The notes beneath the pieces were generated by a model that made no database searches, had not been told where the DNA came from, and saw only the letters and a program-made list of their open reading frames with translations. DNA of 64,000 nucleotides. Source: Eledone cirrhosa (Eukaryota). Positions 49,101 to 61,100 of the stretch are shown here, piece after piece (the stretch's first letter is position 1; every line of letters begins with the position of its first letter). The stretch is from contig OZ024753.1 of the NCBI GenBank assembly GCA_964016885.1, positions 22,816,001 to 22,880,000 of the forward strand, in the 5' to 3' direction. Both the position numbers and the translations under genes were made by a program.

Positions 49101-52100
49101 GGTGGTGTTGGTGTTGACAGTCGTGTTGGTGGTGGTGGAGGTGGTGTTGGTGTTGACTGTCGTGTTGTTGGGGTGGAGGTGGTGTTGGTGTTGACTGTCG
49201 TGTTGGTGGTGGTGGAGGTGGTGTTGGTATTGACTGTCGTGTTGTTGGTGGTGGAGGTGGTGTTGGTGTTGACTGTCGTGTTGTTGGTGGTGGAGGTGGT
49301 GTTGGTGTTGACTGTCGTGTTGTTGGGGTGGAAGTGGTGTTGGTGTTGACTGTCGTGTTGGTGGTGGTGGAGGTGGTGTTGGTATTGACTGTCGTGTTGT
49401 TGGTGGTGGAGGTGGTGTTGGTGTTGACTGTCGTGTTGTTGGGGTGGAAGTGGTGTTGGTGTTGACTGTCGTGTTGGTGGTGGTGGAGGTGGTGTTGGTA
49501 TTGACTGTCGTGTTGTTGGTGGTGGAGGTGGTGTTGGTGTTGACTGTCGTGTTGTTGGTGGTGGAGGTGGTGTTGGTGTTGACTGTCGTGTTGTTGGTGG
49601 TGGAGGTGGTGTTGGTGTTGACTGTCGTGTTGTTGGTGGTGGAGGTGGTGTTGGTATTGACTGTCGTGTTGTTGGTGGTGGAGGTGGTGTTGGTGTTGAC
49701 TGTCGTGTTGTTGGGGTGGAAGTGGTGTTGGTGTTGACTGTCGTGTTGGTGGTGGTGGAGGTGGTGTTGGTATTGACTGTCGTGTTGTTGGTGGTGGAGG
49801 TGGTGTTGGTATTGACTCTCGTGTTGTTGGTGGTGGAGGTGGTGTTGGTGTTGACTGTCGTGTTGGTGGTGGAGGTGGTGTTGGTGTTGACTGTCGTGTT
49901 GTTGGGGTGGAGGTGGTGTTGGTGTTGACTGTCGTGTTGGTGGTGGTGGAGGTGGTGTTGGTATTGACTGTCGTGTTGGTGGTGGTGGAGTTGGTGTTGG
50001 TGTTGACTGTCGTGTTGTTGGTGGTGGAGGTGGTGTTGACTGTCGTGTTGTTGGTGTTGGAGGTGGTGTTGGTGTTGACTGTCGTGTTGGTGGTGGTGGA
50101 GGTGGTGTTGGTGTTGACAGTCGTGTTGGTGGTGGTGGAGGTGGTGTTGACTGTCGTGTTGGTGGTGTTGGAGGTGGTGTTGGTGTTGACTGTCGTGTTG
50201 TTGGTGGTGGAGGTAGTGTTGGTGTTGACTGTCGTGTTGTTGGGGTGGAAGTGGTGTTGGTGTTGACTGTCGTGTTGTTGGTGTTGGAGGTGGTGTTGGT
50301 GTTGACTGTCGTGTTGGTGGTGGTGGAGGTGGTGTTGGTGTTGACAGTCGTGTTGGTGGTGGTGGAGGTGGTGTTGGTGTTGACTGTCGTGTTGTTGGTG
50401 GTGGTGGTGGTGTTGGTGTTGACTGTCGTGTTGGTGGTGGTGGAGGTTGTGTTGGTGTTGACTGTCGTGTTGTTGGTGGTGGTGGTGGTGTTGGTGTTGA
50501 CTGTCGTGTTGGTGGTGGTGGAGGTTGTGTTGGTGTTGACTGTCGTGTTGTTGGTGGTGGAGGTGGTGTTGACTGTCGTGTTGGTGGTGGTGGAGGTGGT
50601 GTTGGTGTTGACTGTCGTGTTGTTGGTGGTGGAGGTGGTGTTGACTGTCGTGTTGTTGGTGTTGGAGGTGGTGTTGGTGTTGACTGTCGTGTTGGTGGTG
50701 GTGGAGTTGGTGTTGGTGTTGACTGTCGTGTTGTTGGTGGTGGAGGTGGTGTTGACTGTCGTGTTGTTGGTGTTGGAGGTGGTGTTGGTGTTGACTGTCG
50801 TGTTGGTGGTGGTGGAGGTGGTGTTGGTGTTGACAGTCGTGTTGGTGGTGGTGGAGGTGGTGTTGACTGTCGTGTTGGTGGTGTTGGAGGTGGTGTTGGT
50901 GTTGACTGTCGTGTTGGTGGTGGTGGTGGTGGTGTTGGTGTTGACTGTCGTGTTGTTGGTGGTGGAGGTGGTGTTGACTGTCGTGTTGTTGGTGTTGGAG
51001 GTGGTGTTGGTGTTGACTGTCGTGTTGGTGGTGGTGGAGGTGGTGTTGGTGTTGACAGTCGTGTTGGTGGTGGTGGAGGTGGTGTTGGTGTTGACTGTCG
51101 TGTTGTTGGTGGTGGTGGTGGTGTTGGTGTTGACTGTCGTGTTGGTGGTGGTGGAGGTTGTGTTGGTGTTTACTGTCGTGTTGTTGGTGGTGGTGGTGGT
51201 GTTGGTGTTGACTGTCGTGTTGGTGGTGGTGGAGGTTGTGTTGGTGTTGACTGTCGTGTTGTTGGTGGTGGAGGTGGTGTTGACTGTCGTGTTGGTGGTG
51301 GTGGAGGTGGTGTTGGTGTTGACTGTCGTGTTGGTTGTGGTGGAGGTGGTGTTGGTGTTGACTGTTGTGTTGGTGGTGGTGGAGGTGGTGTTGGTGTTGA
51401 CTGTCGTGTTGGTGGTGGTGGAGGTGGTGTTGGTGTTGACTGTCGTGTTGGTGGTGGTGGAGGTGGTGTTGGTGTTGACAGTCGTGTTGGTGGTGGTGGA
51501 GGTGGTGTTGGTGTTGACTGTCGTGTTGTTGGTGGTGGTGGTGGTGTTGGTGTTGACTGTCGTGTTGGTGGTGGTGGTGGTGTTGGTGTTGACTGTCGTG
51601 TTGTTGGTGGTGGAGGTGGTGTTGACTGTCGTGTTGGTGGTGGTGGAGGTTGTGTTGGTGTTGACTGTCGTGTTGTTGGTGGTGGTGTTGGTGTTGACTG
51701 TCGTGTTGGTGGTGGTGGAGGTTGTGTTGGTGTTAACTGTCGTGTTGTTGGTGGTGGAGGTGGTGTTGACTGTCGTGTTGGTGGGGTGGAGGTGGTGTTG
51801 GTGTTGACTGTCGTGTTGGTTGTGGTGGAGGTGGTGTTGGTGTTGACTGTTGTGTTGGTGGTGGTGGAGGTGGTGTTGGTGTTGACTGTCGTGTTGGTGG
51901 TGGTGGAGGTGGTGTTGGTGTTGACTGTCGTGTTGGTGGTGGTGGAGGTGGTGTTGGTGTTGACTGTTGTGTTGGTGGTGGTGGAGGTGGTGTCGGTGTT
52001 GACTGTCGTGTTGGTGGTGGTGGAGGTGGTGTTGGTGTTGACTGTGGTGTTGTTGGTGGTGGAGGTGGTGTTGGGGTTGACTGTCGTGTTGTTGGTGGTG

Positions 52101-55100
52101 GAGGTGGTGGAGGTGGTGTTGACTGTCGTGTTGGTGGTGGAGGTGGTGTTGGTGTTGACTGTCGTGTTGGTGGTGGTGGAGGTGGTGTTGTTGTTGACTG
52201 TCGTGTTGTTGGTGGTGGAGGTGGTGTTGGTGTTGACAGTCGTGTTGGTGGTGGAGGTGGTGTTGGTGTTGACTGTCGTGTTGGTAGTGGTGGAGGTGGT
52301 GTTGGTGTTGACTGTCGTGTTGGTGGTGGTGGAGGTGGTGTTGGTGTTGACTGTCGTATTGTTGGTGGTGGAGGTGATGTTGGTGTTGACTGTCGTGTCG
52401 GTAGTGGTGGGGATGGTGTTGGTGTTGACTGTCATGTTGTTGGTGGTGGTGCTGGTGTTGGTGTTGACAGTCGTGTTGGTGGTGGTGGAGGTGGTGTTGG
52501 TGTTGACTATCGTGTTGTTGGTGGTGGTGGTGGTGTTGGTGTTGACAGTCGTGTTGGTGGTGGTGGAGGTGGTGTTGGTGTTGACTGTCGTGTTGTTGGG
52601 GTGGAGGTGGTGTTGGTGTTGACTGTCGTGTTGGTGGTGGTGGAGGTGGTGTTGGTGTTGACTGTCGTGTTGTTGGTGGTGGAGTTGGTGTTGGTGTTGA
52701 CAGTCGTGTTGGTGGTGGTGGAGGTGGTGTTGGTGTTGACTGTCGTGTTGTTGGTGGTGGTGGTGGTGTTGGTGTTGACTGTCGTGTTGGTGGTGGTGGA
52801 GGTTGTGTTGGTGTTGACAGTCGTGTTGGTGGTGGTGGTGGAGGTGTTGGTGTTGACTGTCGTGTTGGTGGTGTTGGAGGTGGTGTTGGTGTTGACTGTC
52901 GTGTTGGTGGTGGTGGAGGTGGTGTTGGTGTCAACTGTCGTGGAGGTGGTGGAGGTGGTGTTGGTGTTGACTGTCGTGTTGATGCTGGAGGTGGTGTTGG
53001 TGTCGACTGTCGTGTTGGTGGTGGTGGAGGTGGTGTTGGTGTTGACTGTCGTGTTGGTGGTGGTGGAGGTGGTGTTGGTGTTGACTGTCGTGTTGATGCT
53101 GGAGGTGGTGTTGGTGTCGACTGTCGTGTTGGTGGTGGTGGAGGTGGTGTTGGTGTTGACTGTCGTGTTGGTGGTGGTGGAGGTGGTGTTGGTGTCAACT
53201 GTCGTGGAGGTGGTGGAGGTGGTGTTGGTGTTGACTGTCGTGTTGTTGGTGGTGGAGGTGGTGTTGGTGTCGACTGTCGTGTTGGTGGTGGTGGAGTTGG
53301 TGTTGGTGTCGACTGTCGTGTTGGTGGTGGTGGAGGTGGTGTTGGTGTTGACTGTCGTGTTGGTGGTGGTGGAGGTGGTGTTGGTGTTGACTGTCGTGTT
53401 GGTGGTGGAGGTTGGTGTTGGTGTTGACTGTCGTGTTGGTGGTGGAGGTTGGTGTTGGTGTTGACTGTCGTGTTGGTGGTGGAGGTTGGTGTTGGTGTTG
53501 ACTGTCGTGTTTGTGGTGGTGGAGGTGGTGTTGGTGTTGACTGTCGTGTTGGTGGTGGTGGAGTTGGTGTTGGTGTTGACTGTCGTGTTGTTGGTGGTGG
53601 TGGTGGTGTTGGTGTTGACTGTCGTGTTGGTGGTGGAGGTGGTGTTGGTGTTGACTGTCGTGTTGGTGGTGGTGGTGGAGGTTGGTGTTGGTGTTGACTG
53701 TCGTGTTGGTGGTGGTGGAGTTGGTGTTGGTGTTGACTGTCGTGTTGGTGGTGGTGGAGGTGGTGTTGGTGTTGACTGTCGTGTTGTTTGTGGTGGAGGT
53801 GGTGTTGGTGTTGACTGTCGTGTTGGTGGTGGTAGTGGAGGTGGTGTTGGTGTTGACTGTCGTGTTGATGGTGGTGGAGGTGGTGTTGGTGTTGACTGTC
53901 GTGTTGGTGGTGGTGGAGTTGGTGTTGGTGTTGACTGTCGTGTTGTTGGTGGTGGTGGTGGTGTTGGTGTTGACTGTTGTGTTGGTGGTGGTGGAGGTGG
54001 TGTCGTAGTTGACTGTCGTGTTGGTGGTGGTGGAGGAGGTGTTGGTGTTGACTGTCGTGTTGTTGGTGGTGGAGTTGGTGTTGGTGTTGTCTGTCGTGTT
54101 GTTGGTGGTGGTGGTGGTGTTGGTGTTGACTGTTGTGTTGGTGGTGGTGGAGGTGGTGTCGTAGTTGACTGTCGTGTTGGTGGTGGTGGAGGTGGTGTCG
54201 TAGTTGACTGTCGTGTTGGTGGTGGTGGAGGTGGTGTTGGTGTTGACTGTCGTGTTGTTGTTGGTGGAGGTGGTGTCGTAGTTGACTGTCGTGTTGGTGG
54301 TGGTGGAGGAGGTGTTGGTGTTGATTGTCGTGTTGTTGGTGGTGGATATGGTGTTGGTGTTGTCTGTCGTGTTGTTGGTGGTGTTGGTGGTGTTGGTGTT
54401 GACTGTCGTGTTGTTGTTGGTCGAGGTGGTGTCGTAGTTGACTGTCGTGTTGGTGGTGGTGGAGGAGGTGTTGGTGTTGATTGTCGTGTTGTTGGTGGTG
54501 GATATGGTGTTGGTGTTGTCTGTCGTGTTGTTGGTGGTGTTGGTGGTGTTGGTGTTGACTGTCGTGTTGTTGTTGGTGGAGGTGGTGTCGTAGTTGACTG
54601 TCGTGTTGGTGGTGGTTGAGGAGGTGTTGGTGTTGACTGTCGTGTTGTTGGTGGTGGTGGTGGTGTTGGTGTTGACTGTCGTGTTGATGGTGGTGGTGGT
54701 GGTGGTGTTGGTGTTGACTGTTGTGTTGGTGGTGGTGGAGGTGGTGTCGTAGTTAACTGTCGTGTTGTTGGTGGTGGAGGTGGTGTTGGTGTCGACTGCG
54801 TGTTGGTGGTGGTGGAGATGTTGGTGTTGACTGTCGTGTTGTTGGTGGTGGAGGTGGTGTCGTAGTTGACTGTCGTGTTGGTGGTGGTGGAGGTGGTGTT
54901 GGTGTTGACTGTCGTGTTGTTGGTGGTGGTGGTGGTGTTGGTGTTGACTGTCGTGTTGATGGTGGTGGTGGTGTTGGTGTTGGTGTTGACTGTTGTGTTG
55001 GTGGTGGTGGAGGTGGTGTCGTAGTTAACTGTCGTGTTGTTGGTGGTGGAGGTGGTGTTGGTGTCGACTGCGTGTTGGTGGTGGTGGAGGTGGTGTTGAC

Positions 55101-58100
55101 TGTCGTGTTGTTGGTGGTGGAGGAGGTGTTGGTGTTGACTGTCGTGTTGTTGGTGGTGGTGGTGTTGGTGTTGACTGTCGTGTTGTTGGTGGTGGTGGTG
55201 GTGTTGGTGTTGACTGTCGTGTTGTTGGTGGTGGAGGTGGTGTTGGTGTTGACTGTCGTGTTGGTGGTGGTGGATGTGGTGTTGGTGTTGACTGTCGTGT
55301 TAATGGTGGTGGAGGTGATGTTGGTGTTGACTGTCGTGTTGGTGGAGGTGGTGGAGGTTGGTGTTGGTGTTGACTGTCGTGTTGGTGGTGGTGGTGGAGG
55401 TGGTGTTGGTGTTGACTGTCGTGTTGGTGGTGGTGGAGGTGGTGTTGACTGTCGTGTTGGTGGTGGTGGTGGAGGTGGTGCTGGTGTTGACTGTCGTGTT
55501 GGTGGTGGTGGAGGTGGTGTTGGTGTTGACTGTCGTGTTGGTGGGGGTGGTGGAGGTTGGTGTTGGTGTTGACTGTCGTGTTGGTGGTGGTGGTGGAGGT
55601 GGTGTTGGTGTTGACTGTCGTGTTGTTGGTGGTGGAGGTGGTGTTGGTGTTGACTGTCGTGTTGGTGGTGGTGGAGGTGGTGTTGGTGTTGACTGTCGTG
55701 TTGGTGGTGGTGGAGGTGATGTTGGTGTTGACTGTCGTGTTGGTGGGGGTGGTGGATGTTGCTGTTGGTGTTGATTGTCGTGTTAGTGGTGGTGGTGTTG
55801 GCGTTAACTGTCGTGTTGGTGGTGGTGGAGGTGGTGTTGGTGTTGACTGTCGTGTTGTTGGTGGTGGAGGTGGTGTTGGTGTTGACTGTCGTGTTGGTGG
55901 TGGTGTTGGTGTTGACTGTCGTGTTGGTGGTGGTGGAGGTGGTGTTGGTGTTGGCTGTCGTGTTGGTGGTGGTGAAGGTGGTGTTGGTGTTGACTGTCGT
56001 GTTGTTGGTGGTGGAGGTGGTGTTGGTGTTGATTGTCGTGTTGTTGGTGGTGGAGGTGGTGTTGGTGTTGACTGTCGTGTTGTTGGTGGTGGAGCTGGTG
56101 TTGGTGCTGACTGTCGTGTTGGTGGTGGTGGAGGTGGTGTTGGTGTTGACTGTCGTGTTGGTGGTGCTGGTGGTGGTGTTGGTGTTGACTGTCGTGTTGT
56201 TGGTGGTGGAGGTGGTGTTGGTGTTGACTGTCGTGTTGTTGGTGGTGGAGGTGGTGTTGGTGTTGACTGTCGTGGAGGTGGTGGAGGTGGTGTTGGTGTT
56301 GACTGTCGTGTTGGTGGTGGTGGAGATGGTGTTGGTGTTGACTGTCGTGTTGGTGGTGGTGGAGGTGGTGTTGGTGTTGACTGTCGTGTTGTTGGTGGTG
56401 GAGTTGGTGTTGGTGTTGACTGTCGTGTTGGTGGTGGTGGAGGTGGTGTTGGTGTTGACTGTCGTGTTGGTGGTGGTGGAGGTGGTGTTGGTGTTGACTG
56501 TCGTGTTGGTGGTGGTGGAGGTGGTGTTGGTGTTGACTGTCGTGTTGGTGGTGGTGGAGTTGGTGTTGGTGTTGACTGTTGTGTTGGTGGTGGTGGAGGT
56601 GGTGTTGGTGTTGACTGTCGTGTTGGTGGTGGTGGAGGTGGTGTTGGTGTTGACTGTTGTGTTGGTGGTGGTGGAGGTGGTGTCGGTGTTGACTGTCGTG
56701 TTGGTGGTGGTGGAGGTGGTGTTGGTGTTGACTCTCGTGTTGGTGGTGGTGGAGGTGGTGTTGGTGTTGACTGTTGTGTTGGTGTTGGTGGAGGTGGTGT
56801 CGGTGTTGACTGTCGTGTTGGCGGTGCTGGTGGTGGTGTTGGTGTTGACTGTTGTGTTGGTGGTGGTGGAGGTGGTGGTGGTGTTGGTGTTGACTGTCGT
56901 GTTGGTGGTGGTGGAGGTGGTGTTGGTGTTGACTGTCGTGTTGGTGGTGGTGGAAGTGGTGGAGGTGTTGACTGTCGTGTTGGTGGTGGTGGAGGTGGTG
57001 TCGGTGTTGACTGTCGTGTTGGTGGTGCTGGTGGTGGTGTTGGTGTTGACTGTTGTGTTGGTGGTGGTGGAGGTGGTGTTGGTGTTGACTGTCGTGTTGG
57101 TGGTGGTGGTGCTGGTGGTGGTGTTGGTGTTGACTGTTGTGTTGGTGGTGGTGGAGGTGGTGTTGGTGTTGACTGTCGTGTTGGTGGTGGTGGAGGTGGT
57201 GTTGGTGTTGACTGTTGTGTTGGTGGTGGTGGAGGTGGTGTTGGTGTTGACTGTTGTGTTGGTGTTGGTGGAGGTGGTGTCGGTGTTGACTGTCGTGTTG
57301 GTGGTGGTGGAGGTGGTGTTGGTGTTGACTGTTGTGTTGGTGGTGGTGGAGGTGGTGTTGGTGTTGACAGTCGTGTTGGTGGTGGTGGAGGTGGTGTTGG
57401 TGTTGACTGTCGTGTTGGTGGTGGTGGAGGTGGTGTTGGTGTTGACTGTCGTGTTGGTGGTGGTGGAGGTGGTGTTGGTGTTGACTGTTGTGTTGGTGGT
57501 GGTGGAGGTGGTGTCGGTGTTGACTGTCGTGTTGGCGGTGCTGGTGGTGGTGTTGGTGTTGACTGTTGTGTTGGTGGTGGTGGAGGTGGTGTTGGTGTTG
57601 ACTGTCGTGTTGGTGGTGGTGGTGCTTGTGGTGGTGTTGGTGTTGACTGTTGTGTTGGTGGTGGTGGAGGTGGTGTTGGTGTTGACTGTCGTGTTGTTGG
57701 TGGTGGAGGTGGTGTTGGTGTTGACTGTTGTGTTGTTGGTGGTGGAGGTGGTGTTGGTGTTGACTGTCGTGTTGTTGGTGGTGGAGGTGGTGTTGGTGTT
57801 GACTGTCGTGTTGGTGGTGCTGGTGGTGGTGTTGGTGTTGACCGTTGTGTTGGTGGTGGTGGAGGTGGTGTTGGTGTTGACTGTTGTGTTGGTGGTGGTG
57901 GAGGTGGTGTCGGTGTTGATTGTCGTGTTGGTGGTGCTGGTGGTGGTGTTGGTGTTGACTGTTGTGTTGGTGGTGGTGGAGGTGGTGTTGGTGTTGACTG
58001 TCGTGTTGGTGGTGGTGGAGGTGGTGTTGGTGTTGACTGTTGTGTTGGTGGCGGTGGAGGTGGTGTCGGTGTTGACTGTCGTGTTGGTGGTGGTGGAGGT

Positions 58101-58132
58101 GGTGTCGGTGTTGACTGTCGTGTTGGTGGTGC

Positions 58133-61100
58133 TGGTGGTGGTGTTGGTGTTGACTGTTGTGTTGGTGGTGGTGGAGGTGGTGTTGGTGTTGACTGTCGTG
58201 TTGTTGGTGGTGGAGGTGGTGTTGGTGTTGACTGTCGTGTTGGTGGTGGTGGAGGTGGTGGTGGTGTTGACTGTCGTGTTGTTGGTTGTGGTGGTGGTGT
58301 CGGTGTTGACTGTCGTGTTGGTGGTGCTGGTGGTGGTGTTGGTGTTGACTGTTGTGTTGGTGGTGGTGGAGGTGGTGTCGGTGTTGACTGTCGTGTTGGT
58401 GGTGGTGGAGGTGGTGTCGGTGTTGACTGTCGTGTTGGTGGTGCTGGTGGTGGTGTTGGTGTTGACTGTTGTGTTGGTGGTGGTGGAGGTGGTGTTGGTG
58501 TTGACTGTCGTGTTGTTGGTGGTGGAGGTGGTGTTGGTGTTGACTGTCGTGTTGTTGGTGGTGGAGGTGGTGTTTGTGTTGACTGTCGTGTTGGTGGCGG
58601 TGGAGGTGGTGTTGGTGTTGACTGTCGTGTTGGTGGTGGTGGAGGTGGTGTTGGTATTGACTGTCGTGTTGTTGGTGGAGGTGGTGTTGGTGTTGACTGT
58701 CGTGTTGGTGGTGGTGGAGGTGGTGTTGGTGTTGACTGTCGTGTTGGTGGTGGTGGAGGTGGTGTTGGTATTGACTGTCGTGTTGTTGGTGGTGGAGGTG
58801 GTGTTTGTGTTGACTGTCGTGTTGGTGGTGGTGGAGGTGGTGTTGGTGTTGACTGTTGTGTTGGTGGTGGTGGAGGTGGTGTCGGTGTTGACTGTCGTGT
58901 TGGTGGTGGTGGTGGTGGTGTTGGTGTTGACTGTCGTGTTGGTGGTGGTGGAGGTGGTGTCGGTGTTGACTGTTGAGTTGGTGGTGGTGGAGGTGGTGTT
59001 GGTGTTGACTGTTGTGTTGGTGGTGGTGGAGGTGGTGTTGGTGTTGACTGTCGTGTTGGTGGTGGTGGAGGTGGTGTCGGTGTTGACTGTCGTGTTGGTG
59101 GTGCTGGTGGTGGTGTTGGTGTTGACTGTCGTGTTGTTGGTGGTGGAGGTGGTGTTGGTGTTGACTGTCGTGTTGTTGGTGGTGGAGGTGGTGTTGGTTT
59201 TGACTGTCGTGTTGGTGGTGGGGAGGTGGTGCTGATGTTGACTGTCGTGTTGGTGGTGGTGGATTTGGTGTTGGTGTTGACTGTCGTGTTGGTGGTGGTG
59301 GTGGTGGTGTTGGTGTTGACTGTCGTGTTGGTGGTGGTGGAGGTGGTGTTGGTGTTGACTGTCGTGTTGGTGGTGGTGGTGGTGGTGTTGGTGTTGACTG
59401 TCGTGTTGGTGGTGGTGGAGGTGGTGTTGGTGTTGACTGTCGTGTTGGTGGTGGTGGAGGTGGTGTTGGTGTCAACTGTCGTGGAGGTGGTGGAGGTGGT
59501 GTTGGTGTTGACTGTCGTGTTGTTGGTGGTGGAGGTGGTGTTGGTGTTGACTGTCGTGTTGATGCTGGAGGTGGTGTTGGTGTCGACTGTCGTGTTGGTG
59601 GTGGTGGAGGTGGTGTTGGTGTTGACTGTCGTGTTGGTGGTGGTGGAGGTGGTGTTGGTGTTGACTGTCGTGTTGGTGGTGGTGGAGGTGGTGTTGGTGT
59701 CAACTGTCGTGGAGGTGGTGGAGGTGGTGTTGGTGTTGACTGTCGTGTTGGTGCTGGAGGTGGTGTTGGTGTCGACTGTCGTGTTGGTGGTGGTGGAGGT
59801 GGTGTTGGTGTTGACAGTCGTGTTGGTGGTGGTGGAGGTGGTGTTGGTGTTGACTGTCGTGTTGGTGGTGGTGGAGGTGGTGTTGGTGTTGACTGTCGTG
59901 TTGGTGGTGGTGGAGGTGGTGTTGGTGTCGACTGTCGTGTTGGTGGTGGAGGTGGTGTTGGTGTTGACTGTCGTGTTGGTGGTGGAGGTGGAGTTGGTGT
60001 TGGTGTTGACTGTCGTGTTGGTGGTGGTGGTGGAGTTGGTGTTGGTGTTGACTTTCGTGTTGTTGGTGGTGGTGGTGGTGTTGGTGTTGACTGTTGTGTT
60101 GGTGGTGGTGGAGGTGGTGTTGGTGTTGACTGTCGTGTTGGTGGTGGTGGAGTTGGTGTTGGTGTTGACTTTCGTGTTGTTGGTGGTGGAGGTGGTGTTG
60201 GTGTTGACTGTCGTGTTGGTGGTGGTGGAGTTGGTGTTGGTGTTGACTTTCGTGTTGTTGGTGTTTGTGGTGGTGTTGGTGTTGACTGTTGTGTTGGTGG
60301 TGGTGGAGGTGGTGTCGTAGTTGACTGTCGTGTTGGTGGTGGTGGAGGAGGTGTTGGTGTTGACTGTCGTGTTGTTGGTGGTGGAGGTGGTGTTGGTGTT
60401 GACTGTCGTGTTGGTGGTGGTGGAGTTGGTGTTGGTGTTGACTTTCGTGTTGTTGGTGGTGGTGGTGGTGTTGGTGTTGACTGTTGTGTTGGTGGTGGTG
60501 GAGGTGGTGTCGTAGTTGACTGTCGTGTTGGTGGTGGTGGAGGAGGTGTTGGTGTTGACTGTCGTGTTGTTGGTGGTGGTGGTGGTGTTGGTGTTGACTG
60601 TCGTGTTGATGGTGGTGGTGGTGGTGTTGGTGTTGACTGTTGTGTTGGTGGTGGTGGAGGTGGTGTTGGTGTTGACTGTCGTGTTGTTGGTGGTGGAGGT
60701 GGTGTTGGTGTTGACTGTCGTGTTGGTGGTGGTGGAGGTGGTGGTGGTGTTGACTGTCGTGTTGTTGGTTGTGGTGGTGGTGTCGGTGTTGACTGTCGTG
60801 TTGGTGGTGCTGGTGGTGGTGTTGGTGTTGACTGTTGTGTTGGTGGTGGTGGAGGTGGTGTCGGTGTTGACTGTCGTGTTGGTGGTGGTGGAGGTGGTGT
60901 CGGTGTTGACTGTCGTGTTGGTGGTGCTGGTGGTGGTGTTGGTGTTGACTGTTGTGTTGGTGGTGGTGGAGGTGGTGTTGGTGTTGACTGTCGTGTTGTT
61001 GGTGGTGGAGGTGGTGTTGGTGTTGACTGTCGTGTTGTTGGTGGTGGAGGTGGTGTTTGTGTTGACTGTCGTGTTGGTGGCGGTGGAGGTGGTGTTGGTG

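Noticed and set aside
55557-58976. Gly/Cys-rich [16 protein letters not shown] as a glycine-rich structural protein
   Set aside because: There is no ATG start, signal peptide or unique flank. The ORF enters this frame through a +1 indel and ends at a chance TGA variant, and several overlapping frames are equally open.
55804-59703. His/Gln-rich and Pro/Thr-rich minus-strand ORFs as histidine-rich or extensin-like proteins
   Set aside because: The ORFs swap between repeat frames at 1-bp indels. GTTAAC/GTCAAC variants create stops in the His/Gln frame, and TTTAC/ACTATC/TTCAC variants create stops in the Pro/Thr frame.
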